A DNA stretch of 64,000 nt from positions 21,792-85,791 of the forward strand of contig CAZDKK010000014.1 of assembly GCA_964506245.1 (NCBI GenBank), read 5' to 3'. Shown piece after piece: positions 18,279 to 30,237 of the stretch (its first letter is position 1; each line of letters begins with the position of its first letter). The position numbers and the translations under genes were made by a program. The DNA comes from an uncultured bacterium. GTDB taxonomy: Bacteria > Eisenbacteria > RBG-16-71-46 > CAIMUX01 > WJJG01. A model generated the notes under the pieces. It was given only the letters and a program-made list of their open reading frames with translations. It ran no database searches and was not told the origin of the DNA.

Positions 18279-21176
18279 TCAGTAGTAGTTCCTCAAGGTC
18301 AACCGCCGGGTCTCGCCCCCGGCGAGGGTGAGCGTGACCTCCCGCCCGGCCTGGGCGTAGTTCCACTCCCCCGTCTCCTTCCAGTACCTCACTGGATCGA
18401 TCGATTCGCCGTCGACGGCGACGATGCGATCCCCGATCTTCCAGCCGGTCTCTTCGGCCGGACTGCCGGGAGCGACGAACACGACCTGCAAGGTGTCCCC
18501 AGCCAGCTCGAGGGCCAAGCCGCTGCGCTCCCTGCGGAAGGCCCCGTCATCCCAACCCTGACCCGGCTCCAGATAGAGGCATTCGCTCGGATAGTCGAAG
18601 AGCACCCGGAAGCGTGAGAGAATGCCGGCGCCAAGTCTCCCCGCCTGGCGCCGCGTGCCCTCGGAACCCGCTCCGAGACCCGAGAAGGTGGCCGGCACGT
18701 TTTCGAGGACGAAGCCCGCGATGGTGAAGGAACGCAGGGTCGTCGCCTTCGAGGTCGTGCGTCCCCCGACGCCCCCGCCCAGGTGTTCGGAGATCGGGGA
18801 ACGCCCATCGAGGAGACGGTGCTCCTCGGCGTAGGCGCCGTAGACCTCGAGGGTCCCCCCGCTCCCGGTATCCAGATGGAAGCGCGCCGGCCCGAGATTC
18901 TCGATCGCGGCCTCGATCTCGCGGTGCCCGCCCTCCATCGGAAACAGGGGCGCCTTCTGCCCGGGGCCCTCGTAGTGGAAGGTCGCGGGATCGAGAAAGC
19001 GGATGCGAGCGTTCGGGTAGTCCAGGTCGACGATGAGGTTGTTGAACACCTCCTTGCCGAAGATGACGGGCAGCGGGCGCCCCAGCATCCGGCCGGTGCT
19101 GGCGAGATCGATCACGACCACGCTGAGGCTGTCCGCCAGGAGCCCCGCCGCCTCGATTCGCACGCCGGAGACGATCGCGGCGGTCGTGTTCCCTCCGGCC
19201 CCCTCGGCGGCCAGCTCCCCCGCGGCCTCGAGCCCGAGCGTATCCGCGAAGGCGCGGTCCAGCACCGTCATCCCCGCGCCCGAGTCGAGGAGCAGATCGG
19301 TCTCCACGCCGTTGACCCGACCTCGCAGGTAGAGATATCGATGGCGGAACAGGTCGACGGGGCTCCAATCGGTGGCCGTCCCTTGCGCGATGCGGACCGG
19401 CTTCTTGACCGGCAGGGGGGGATCGAAGAGCGCGTCGGCGAGGTGGGTGTTGATCTCGATCCCCTCCCACTGGATGAGCTGGTTCTCCGCCGGGTTCGAC
19501 ATGCTCGTCTCCTGGCGGAAGGGGAATCGCAGTCCTTCGACCTCGCGCCACTCGGTCAGATGGATCCAGGACTCCTCGTTGTCGACGCGGCTGCGCTGCC
19601 ACTCCAGACCGCCGTCGGCGGGATCGAGGAGCAGATCGAACTCGTCCCCGTTGGGATAGGTGAAACGCACATCCTCCCAGCTTCGCCCCGCCCGCTCGAG
19701 CATCCCCTGGTGGGTGATTGCGGTGCCCTCTCCCTGCAGGTGAAGGCCGAAGGCGCGGGCCAGCGCCCGCCGCTCCTCTTCCGCTTCATGCTGCCCGAGG
19801 GGCTCCGGTTGGCCGGATGGACTGAGGGAGTAGGCCTCTGCGGGCGTGACGGTCGTGCCGCCCTCGAGGACCATCAGATCGTACGTGGCCCGCATGTAGC
19901 CATCGCGGCGAGACCTGGCCGCGATGGTGCCGCTCAGGCCGGACGCGCTCAGTTTCCCGCTCTGCGTGATGTCTTGAAGCCCCGCCAGACGTTCCCAACC
20001 CCCGAGCCAGGCCACATGGCGCTCGATGGCCGCAGCAGCGGGAGATGCAGCGTCGTGCGCGCTCGCGGCCGCTGCCGGGCGCCGGACTGCATCCAGGACG
20101 CGGTCGTAAAAGACCTGGATCGGCCGGCTCGACTCCTCGCCGGTCTTGGCGTCGCCGAGAATGACCACGACCATGTCGTGCTCCGGGACGACGAAGATGT
20201 ACTGGCCGAAGCGCCCCCGGGCAAAGGGGACATACTCGCGGCCGTTCCCCTGCCAGTCGGGGGCGCCGATCCACCAGAGATAGCCGTACCCGGAGGGCGG
20301 CTGGCCGGGGGCGGTCAGATCGACCTGCATGCTGAGGGACTTGCGGACCCAGTCCTCGGGAACGACCTGCACATCCCCCCAGCGACCGTTGTTCAAGTAG
20401 AGCAACCCGAATCGGGCGGCGTCCCTGGCCGTCAGGAGCAGGCCGCCGCCGGTGTGAGTATGACCTTCCGCGTTGGCCACCCAGAACTTCTTCTCGATGC
20501 CGAGCGGCTGGAAGAGGTGGCGCTCGGCGTACTGCAGAGCGTGCATTCCCGTGCGGTTCTTGAGCATCGCTGACAGCAGCACTGCCGCCCCGCTGTCGTA
20601 GTTGAACTTCGTCCCCGGCGGGTCGAGCATGGGGCGGTCGAGGTAGAACTTGTCCCAACCGGTCGCCCGCTTGTTGAGCATCTCGAGCGGCGAGTTCGGC
20701 CCGCTCTCGTGGAAGTCGACGCCCGTGCGCATGGTCAGGAGGTCCTCGAGCCGCATCGCCTCCTTGCGCTCATCGCGGTTGGCGATCTCCTTCATGTCCG
20801 GGAAGAAGTCGAGGACCTTCTCATCCAACCCCTTGAATTCGCCCCGGGCGAGGGCGATGCCGACCAGGGCCGAGGTGACGCTCTTGGTGACGGACTGCAG
20901 GGTGTGGACGCGACCGGCCTCCCAGCCGTTGAAGTACTCCTCGACCACCAGACTGCCGTGGCGAACCACCACCAGGGCGTCGAGCTGGGGGCAGAGCTCC
21001 CCCTTGCGGATGGATTCGATCAACCCGGACAGCTTCTGCGCATCCAGGCCCTGCTCCTCAGGCTTCGCGATGGGCCAGTCCCAGGCGGGCGGCGTCTGCG
21101 GATTCGCCTGTTCCACGGCCAGGGCGGAGAGCAGGACGATCGACAGAGCAGCCACGGAACGTTCGATCTGCTGCAT
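18279..21176 (-). CDS. Secreted multidomain protein: beta-lactamase-family serine hydrolase + two retropepsin-like aspartic-protease lobes + C-terminal PDZ
   Basis: ATG at 21176 with GGAGG RBS; signal peptide. S-x-x-K motif (QSVTKSV) in the serine-hydrolase region; two D-S/T-G motifs (LLLDSGAGMTVL, FHLDTGSGGTL); PDZ-like GWKIGDRIVAVDG at the C-terminus. Confidence 0.75.
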   Translation of the reverse strand: MQQIERSVAALSIVLLSALAVEQANPQTPPAWDWPIAKPEEQGLDAQKLSGLIESIRKGELCPQLDALVVVRHGSLVVEEYFNGWEAGRVHTLQSVTKSVTSALVGIALARGEFKGLDEKVLDFFPDMKEIANRDERKEAMRLEDLLTMRTGVDFHESGPNSPLEMLNKRATGWDKFYLDRPMLDPPGTKFNYDSGAAVLLSAMLKNRTGMHALQYAERHLFQPLGIEKKFWVANAEGHTHTGGGLLLTARDAARFGLLYLNNGRWGDVQVVPEDWVRKSLSMQVDLTAPGQPPSGYGYLWWIGAPDWQGNGREYVPFARGRFGQYIFVVPEHDMVVVILGDAKTGEESSRPIQVFYDRVLDAVRRPAAAASAHDAASPAAAAIERHVAWLGGWERLAGLQDITQSGKLSASGLSGTIAARSRRDGYMRATYDLMVLEGGTTVTPAEAYSLSPSGQPEPLGQHEAEEERRALARAFGLHLQGEGTAITHQGMLERAGRSWEDVRFTYPNGDEFDLLLDPADGGLEWQRSRVDNEESWIHLTEWREVEGLRFPFRQETSMSNPAENQLIQWEGIEINTHLADALFDPPLPVKKPVRIAQGTATDWSPVDLFRHRYLYLRGRVNGVETDLLLDSGAGMTVLDRAFADTLGLEAAGELAAEGAGGNTTAAIVSGVRIEAAGLLADSLSVVVIDLASTGRMLGRPLPVIFGKEVFNNLIVDLDYPNARIRFLDPATFHYEGPGQKAPLFPMEGGHREIEAAIENLGPARFHLDTGSGGTLEVYGAYAEEHRLLDGRSPISEHLGGGVGGRTTSKATTLRSFTIAGFVLENVPATFSGLGAGSEGTRRQAGRLGAGILSRFRVLFDYPSECLYLEPGQGWDDGAFRRERSGLALELAGDTLQVVFVAPGSPAEETGWKIGDRIVAVDGESIDPVRYWKETGEWNYAQAGREVTLTLAGGETRRLTLRNYY

Positions 21177-21376
21177 CGGAGGCGCCTCCTCCGCGTCGTG
21201 CCCCACCTCCGGGGGCTGGGGTGGAGCGGTTCGGGACACGACCGCCGAGAGTCTACTGCGGCACCTGCGCGAATGGCAAGGGCGGGCAGATGGATCACTC
21301 TTCTCTGCCATGGCCGCAGCCCCTTTCCACCCCACCAGCCCAGGCCAGTCGAGTGTCCAAGGAACCCGGATGCGCT

Positions 21377-21632
21377 ATACCTCACTCCACCTCGAATCCC
21401 TGGCTGGAGAACTTCAGCGTCCGCCCATTCTCCGTCACCACCCGCACCACGTGGTCGGGCACGCCTTCCGGCAGCGACGCCTCGATGTCGAGCGTCACCC
21501 TGGCCTTGGCCCCCGGCAGCGCCGCGAGGTGCGCGATCACCTCCTCGGCGATCTTGCCGGCGTCGGAGCCGAGGCGCATGGGGTTGCACAGCTCGACGGT
21601 GCCGTAGAAGCGCCGCGGCTTGGGTGGGGGCG
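21377..21632 (-). pseudogene. Truncated duplicate of the 3' end (~80 codons) of the DUF499 ATPase gene
   Basis: ~255 bp at ~90% identity to 22955..23210. Encodes ...PPPKPRRFYGTVELCNPMRLGSDAGKIAEEVIAHLAALPGAKARVTLDIEASLPEGVPDHVVRVVTENGRTLKFSSQGFEVE but is closed by an in-frame TAG immediately upstream, so there is no upstream body. Confidence 0.7.
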
Positions 21633-21788
21633 CTGGCTAGCGTTGTGACCAAGTCCTATCGTAGGGTGCCGCGGGTTCCGCGAGGCATCTTCGGGAAGGG
21701 CCCGCGAACGAACCACGGGATCACTCGATGCAGGAGGAGATCTTCTCGTCTATCGCCTGCCGTATCCAGCGAAGTGTACAACGAAGGG

Positions 21789-22484
21789 TCAGCCCCGCCG
21801 CTTGCGGAAATGTGCCAGCGTACCCAGGCCGGCGAGGCTCACGGCCAGAAGCGTAACGACACCTGGCTCAGGGACAGCTCGGACGCCACCCAAGTCGAGC
21901 TGGTAGTCGAACCCCCACTCGTACCACACCGGTCCCATCCAATCCGCTAAGGGATTGGCCGCACCGGGACCGTTGGGGGCCCATTCGCCTGTGTAGTACA
22001 GTGGATCCTCAACGTCCCAGATCAGTTGATCGATGGAATCGACCGGATCCCGGTTGTATCTCGACAATGCGAGGTAGTAGTTGCCTGGCGCAGGCACGAG
22101 CGCCCCCGTGATTGTCGACAGCTGATTGCCAAGGGTGTAATCCCCGACATCCTCGTTGAAGACCACGCCGCGTCCCCCCGCGTCGAAGAGGTACAGCGTT
22201 GTGTCGTTGGAGTACCACAATGGGCCATAGGTATACGGATTGTCGGTGCTGGCCATGAACAGCGCCACGTCGTAGATGTTGACGTAGTAGACATCCACGT
22301 CATCCGGGTACCCAAGCGAACCGTAGATCGTGGAGAGGTCTCCCGTTCCCACGGGGGTCTCTGCGCTGCTCAAGAGTTCCCCCGCATCCATTTCGTACCA
22401 GACCAAACCGTGCGCGGGCAAAGCCGCGAGCGCCAGCGCCGCCAATCCAATCCCGAAGTGACGAATCATGCCCATCTGGCCCAT
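21789..22484 (-). CDS. PEP-CTERM-anchored secreted protein
   Basis: ATG at 22484 is 6 nt after GGAGG; signal peptide. C-terminal VPEPGVVTLLAVSLAGLGTLAHFRKRRG is PEP, then a TM helix, then a basic tail. Confidence 0.7.
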   Translation of the reverse strand: MGQMGMIRHFGIGLAALALAALPAHGLVWYEMDAGELLSSAETPVGTGDLSTIYGSLGYPDDVDVYYVNIYDVALFMASTDNPYTYGPLWYSNDTTLYLFDAGGRGVVFNEDVGDYTLGNQLSTITGALVPAPGNYYLALSRYNRDPVDSIDQLIWDVEDPLYYTGEWAPNGPGAANPLADWMGPVWYEWGFDYQLDLGGVRAVPEPGVVTLLAVSLAGLGTLAHFRKRRG

Positions 22485-22599
22485 GGTGAACCTCCGCGAA
22501 GCATCTTGCTGTCCGCCATCAGGAAACACCCCACTGCTTCATGTCGCCCTCGATGATTCCACCACCCTGCCGGCCCTGCATGGGCGCTCCAAAGGACGA

Positions 22600-22850
22600 C
22601 CCACAATTGTCCAAGCAGGCTACGTGCCACAGGGCTCAGAACATGCACTGCCTTGAATCTCTTGGAGTTGCGCATCAGGGCCATCGCGCCGTGGGCTCTT
22701 TCGATGTACTGACTGTCTGAGCAGCCTGACACTGCCAGGACTTGGCTGCCGGGGGCGTGAGACATAACCACAACCCCAGTAGTGAGTTGAGAGAGCGGTC
22801 GCGATTCTTGTGGGTGTTTCCGTTGGCAGACATCGCATCTCGCTCATCGG
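22600..22850 (-). mobile_element. Decayed IS5-family transposase N-terminal fragment (frameshifted)
   Basis: On the minus strand, ...RDRSLNSLLGLWLCLTPPAAKSWQCQAAQTVS resembles the IS5 HTH block LNGILWVLRTG..WRDLP..GPWQTVY. In the adjacent frame, SGCSDSQYIERAHGAMALMRNSKR resembles IDSTxVRAHQHAAGAKK. No intact ORF or terminal inverted repeats were seen. Confidence 0.4.
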
Positions 22851-22957
22851 CCTCAGGTTCGAGAATATCGCGCCCCGCTGTGCGCCGGTGGAGATGGATT
22901 GGCCGGTCGCTTGCTTGCTGCCGACTTCCCCTGGCGAATGGCGTTCGGCGAGATTCC

Positions 22958-26335
<3,378 letters not shown>

Positions 26336-26735
26336 GGCTTACATCCTTGTTGTATTGGCCCCATAACAGAATGCGACGTGGCTCGTGTTGCCTCTCCGAA
26401 CCGGGCTTTCGCCCGATACTCTCCACTTGCTCCCCGTTCCTTCGTGGCCACCATTCCCCGAGGGGGGCGCATCCGCCAGAGACCGCTCGCAGACCTCGAC
26501 GGGCCTCCTACACCTCACCGGGCGTCTGAGCTCGGACAGGCTGATTCCTGCCCACCACGAGCGCTTGATCCCGGCTTCCTTGGGTGCAGGCCTCCGAGGT
26601 TCTCCCCTGACGTCCTGACCACTTGCAAGACCTAGCATCAACGACTGCACGCAGTGTCGCCCGCCGCGTGCTCTTGTTCGGCAGCGTTTCCACTGCGTGA
26701 TCGCTGGTCGGCATCGAGCGCAACACCGCCTCTCG

Positions 26736-27233
26736 TCACGTGCCGTCCTCCTCTTGGAACTCCAGATGCGCACGGCTATTGGGAAACACGAACGCTCGCA
26801 CTGGCCGCCGCCCCGAGGACGTTCGGCCCACCACGAGCATGATCGGTTCTTGGCACCGGTAGTTTGGAGATGTGCTGATGCTGACCATCTGATCAATGTC
26901 TTCTTGGCTCGGCTCGACGCTTGGGCTCGGGTGGTAGTGCCATTCGCCCAGGTAGTGCGTTCGCTGGGACTGGCGCCACAGCTCACCCAGGAGAGACGTC
27001 AGCCCGGCGACCCCTCGCTGGAACCATGTCGGACCCCGTCGCGAGTCCCTTGGAGGACCGGATGCCTCCGTGACGATGGCGGTGCTCTTGTCAGAGGTGT
27101 AGTAGCCGATGAGAATCCCGCCCGTCTCCATCCCATCCCAGCGTGAGCATTCCTTCTCGATGCTCCTCCAGCACTGGTCGTCTATCACGAGTGCGAATTC
27201 ACCGCGCGGTGTCCTCCAGTACCGGTCAGGCAT
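26736..27233 (-). CDS. cap3: CBASS Cap3-like JAB/JAMM isopeptidase
   Basis: JAMM motif EWHYHPSPSVEPSQEDI (H-x-H-x7-S-x2-D) with an upstream Glu. The ATG overlaps the cap2 stop as ATGCCTGA. Confidence 0.8.
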   Translation of the reverse strand: MPDRYWRTPRGEFALVIDDQCWRSIEKECSRWDGMETGGILIGYYTSDKSTAIVTEASGPPRDSRRGPTWFQRGVAGLTSLLGELWRQSQRTHYLGEWHYHPSPSVEPSQEDIDQMVSISTSPNYRCQEPIMLVVGRTSSGRRPVRAFVFPNSRAHLEFQEEDGT

Positions 27234-29172
27234 CTCGTCTATCCTCACGTGCCCATGGCTCACCCTCCGGAGGAACCACGACAGGCCGAATGCCGTTGAA
27301 TCTGCTCCCAGCGTGGACCTGCTCGAACGCAAGAAGCTCCGTTGCCCCTGGTTCCTCCTTCAAACGATACTCGATGGCCTTCACGCACGCGGCAGCGGCG
27401 AGGAGGACGTCGTCGAAGCGGGCCGGGAACAGGGGAGACCAGCAGCCGGCTCCTTCGAGTGTCTCACCCTCCGCCTCCCACTTGGCGCGCTCCTCCCGAA
27501 GCAACGGCTCGATCCGACTTCGGAACCCTTCCAAGTCGAATGCATTGCCCGAGCAGAAGTACAGGAATGTCCGCCGAGCCCAATATCCCACTGATGCAGA
27601 GACGAACAATCGAGGCACACTCCACCACCCTTGAGCCAATGCAACAAGAGCATCGTCAGACCCGGTGCAGTCGATGATAACGTTGTGTCGCTGCAGCAGC
27701 TCTTCGAGGACAGTCTGCTGGACCGGAACCGACTTGGAGTGGATCTCGACCGTTCCCGTCGGAGCGATGGCTCTGAGTCGATCCGCCAGCGCCGTAGCCT
27801 TTGGTCGTCCGAGGTCTCCCCCCGTGAGTGTGTGCCGCGCGAGGTTCCCGGCGGCGAAGAAGTCGCCGTCCACCAGCAGTAGCTGGTGAACACCTCCCCG
27901 CACCAAAATCTCGGCAATCGCGGATCCCAGGGCCCCGCAGCCCAGCAGCGCTACCCGAGCAGAACTCAGGGGGACCTCGATCCGACCTCGGGCGAGTAGG
28001 CGATCCGAGTGCCAGTTGTCCGTCGTCACATACTCGATCTCTTGTTCCCCTCCGAAGGCCTTCTGACGGTCACGCATCCACCATCCCAGGTCATTCGGGC
28101 GAAAACCATCTGCCGGTGGCCCGCCTTCGCGAAGTGCGGGGAGCCGCAACCCCTGCCAATGGACCTCTGTCTCAGGCTCACCCACTTTCATCGGTATTGG
28201 GTAGCCCAGCAAGAGCATCACGTTTTCTTCACCACGAATGCGCCCGGCGATCTTCCGCAGCACCTCATCAACACGGACTCCCTGCATCTGTCCCGCTTCC
28301 CTAAGTTCGCCCCATGTCCTCGGAAAGTGCCACGGGGGAATGATTGCGGGGCGCGCCCAAAGCCACCACAATCCGAGTGTCGGCTCCCTCGAAGCATCGC
28401 GCTCCGAGACACGGAACGAGGCGGTCCGCAGCACGGCATCGCTCCGACCCTGGAACTCTAACGCGCAGATCGTCTTCCGAAATCCTTCCACGTCGGCCAG
28501 GACCGCCACGCCCCAGGAGGTATCGCGCAGTCCTTTCCAGGTGGCGAACGACGCGGCAGATTCATCGTGGACAAGCCGAGTGGTGTTGTCGCTAAAACTG
28601 CACCAGGGAAGTTCAAATGGGTCACCCGGCACCACCAGACGATCATCCGCCGCGAGAGTAAGCCATTCCCGGGTCCGCACGAGATACCAGTGCAGCCGCT
28701 CATCTGCGTCACCGACGGGATCCTGACGAGGGGCCAGGTGCCCGAGACGTCCGACAGGGCTGTCCAGACAGAGGCTCCCATCCCGCCAGAGGCGTTCCTT
28801 CGGACCGGGACGGTTTTGTTTCTGATGAGGAAAGGTCTTGGTGATGCCATCTTTGGTCGCGGGGTAGACCCCAATCTGGCCCAGTGGATACGTGTCATCG
28901 ACACACACGATCCACCTCGACTCCACAGGAACGTGCTTGCCTTCCTTGGCGACTCGAACAGCTGTCGGGAGGGCCCAACATGACTCGTCCGCGATATAGA
29001 TCGGGTCTTTCAGACCTACCCCCTCAAGAGCAGAGGCGGTCCTGATCCCTGCGCGCAGCGCCGCGGATGGTTCGCGTCTGTCAGTAGCCACATGGCCCTC
29101 GGGCAAATCTCTCGCGGCCTGGCACGGCCGGCGCAGTGGGTACCGTGTAGCCCCGGCCCTTGCCATCGTCAT
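27226..29172 (-). CDS. cap2: CBASS Cap2-like E2-E1 fusion (ThiF/MoeB-type adenylation domain)
   Basis: Rossmann motif VALLGCGALGSAIAEILVRGGVHQLLLVDGD in the C-terminal half; an E2-like Cys-containing N-terminal half. The ORF overlaps the CD-NTase 3' end; the true start may be an internal GTG near 29087 (GTGGCTACTGA overlaps the cdn stop). Confidence 0.8.
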   Translation of the reverse strand: MTMARAGATRYPLRRPCQAARDLPEGHVATDRREPSAALRAGIRTASALEGVGLKDPIYIADESCWALPTAVRVAKEGKHVPVESRWIVCVDDTYPLGQIGVYPATKDGITKTFPHQKQNRPGPKERLWRDGSLCLDSPVGRLGHLAPRQDPVGDADERLHWYLVRTREWLTLAADDRLVVPGDPFELPWCSFSDNTTRLVHDESAASFATWKGLRDTSWGVAVLADVEGFRKTICALEFQGRSDAVLRTASFRVSERDASREPTLGLWWLWARPAIIPPWHFPRTWGELREAGQMQGVRVDEVLRKIAGRIRGEENVMLLLGYPIPMKVGEPETEVHWQGLRLPALREGGPPADGFRPNDLGWWMRDRQKAFGGEQEIEYVTTDNWHSDRLLARGRIEVPLSSARVALLGCGALGSAIAEILVRGGVHQLLLVDGDFFAAGNLARHTLTGGDLGRPKATALADRLRAIAPTGTVEIHSKSVPVQQTVLEELLQRHNVIIDCTGSDDALVALAQGWWSVPRLFVSASVGYWARRTFLYFCSGNAFDLEGFRSRIEPLLREERAKWEAEGETLEGAGCWSPLFPARFDDVLLAAAACVKAIEYRLKEEPGATELLAFEQVHAGSRFNGIRPVVVPPEGEPWAREDRRDA

Positions 29173-30223
29173 CCGGAGGAGAGGGGAACTTGGTTCCTAG
29201 TAACTCGCCCCAGAGCAAGCCGCTGTCCCTCCGCTCAGTCGAGTCGTAGGCCTTGCGGGCCAGCTCCGCACCATGCTTCGCTTGGCTCCAGAAGACCCCG
29301 AACTCATTCGATGCCAGCCGGTGAAGGACATCATGGGCGGGAACCCCGTAGTCTCCGAGACGTGGCTTACTGCCAGCCTCAGCGAGAATCCGGTACTTCG
29401 ACACGATGTTCTCGAGTGTCTCCACGACGCCCTGCGCCATCGACTCGATTCCGTCCGGGCAGCAATCACCGATGATGCGCTCCAGCGGGAAGCCCCTCGG
29501 GTGTTCGGGATCTTCGTGATTGACGAGGCGCCACCACTTGAGTGCCTTCACTACATTCACGAAATGGCCATTCGTTGCCTTGTTCTTGTCGCGGGTCCAG
29601 CGAATCTGTTCGAGGGGGTGGGTATCGTCCCACTCGTCGGCGTCACGATCTGGTATTCGAAGAGGCCGGAGCTTCCACTCATCCTGATCCGCAGCTTCTT
29701 TGAGCATCTGTTCTGCATTGGCCTTGTAGCGGTTGGACAACGCAAGCCAGGAGGGATGCAGCCGCCAGTCGCGGGCCTCTTCGATGTTCTCGTCCGTCGT
29801 CACCGCCTCGGACTTGAGTACCCCGATCTCGCTCTCCCGGGGTGCAGAAGTCAGAACCAGGTCCAGTTCAACGTACGACAGCTCGATTCCGAACGAGCGC
29901 CCCTGATACCGCCACTTCCCCTTATAGTGTTCATCTAGGAATGGCTCGAAGTGGGCCATCGCGTCCCTTGGCGCGTACTCGGACTCAGAGAGCCTCGTGA
30001 CGACGATGATATCCACGTCCGCTCGCTGGTCGTTCTTGGGCCGAACCGCCGTGTAGCGTCGGTAGCTGCCCTGAAGGAAGTCACTCACGAGAATCGGGGC
30101 AAGATTCTCGTCAGAATTCAGCCGCGCGCGAAGGGTCTTGTGCCCAATGATCAACTCCGATCGCTGATCTGCGGTGGGGCGGATGGCATTCAAGAATTGC
30201 TCGAAGTCGCTCTTGAGTTCCAT
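29081..30223 (-). CDS. cdn: cGAS/DncV-like nucleotidyltransferase (CD-NTase, SMODS domain)
   Basis: Pol-beta NTase signature GSYRRYTAVRPKNDQRADVDIIVV (GS...DxD); ~380 aa; AGGAG RBS 6 nt before the ATG at 30223. Confidence 0.8.
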   Translation of the reverse strand: MELKSDFEQFLNAIRPTADQRSELIIGHKTLRARLNSDENLAPILVSDFLQGSYRRYTAVRPKNDQRADVDIIVVTRLSESEYAPRDAMAHFEPFLDEHYKGKWRYQGRSFGIELSYVELDLVLTSAPRESEIGVLKSEAVTTDENIEEARDWRLHPSWLALSNRYKANAEQMLKEAADQDEWKLRPLRIPDRDADEWDDTHPLEQIRWTRDKNKATNGHFVNVVKALKWWRLVNHEDPEHPRGFPLERIIGDCCPDGIESMAQGVVETLENIVSKYRILAEAGSKPRLGDYGVPAHDVLHRLASNEFGVFWSQAKHGAELARKAYDSTERRDSGLLWGELLGTKFPSPPDDDGKGRGYTVPTAPAVPGRERFARGPCGY

Positions 30224-30237
30224 AACGATCTCCTATG

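Noticed and set aside
26336-26735. 400-bp gap between cap3 and the DUF499 gene as a possible site for a small CBASS regulator (CapH/CapP-like) gene
   Set aside because: Only short overlapping ORFs with no HTH or metallopeptidase motifs and no RBS-supported start. More likely it is the DUF499 promoter region.
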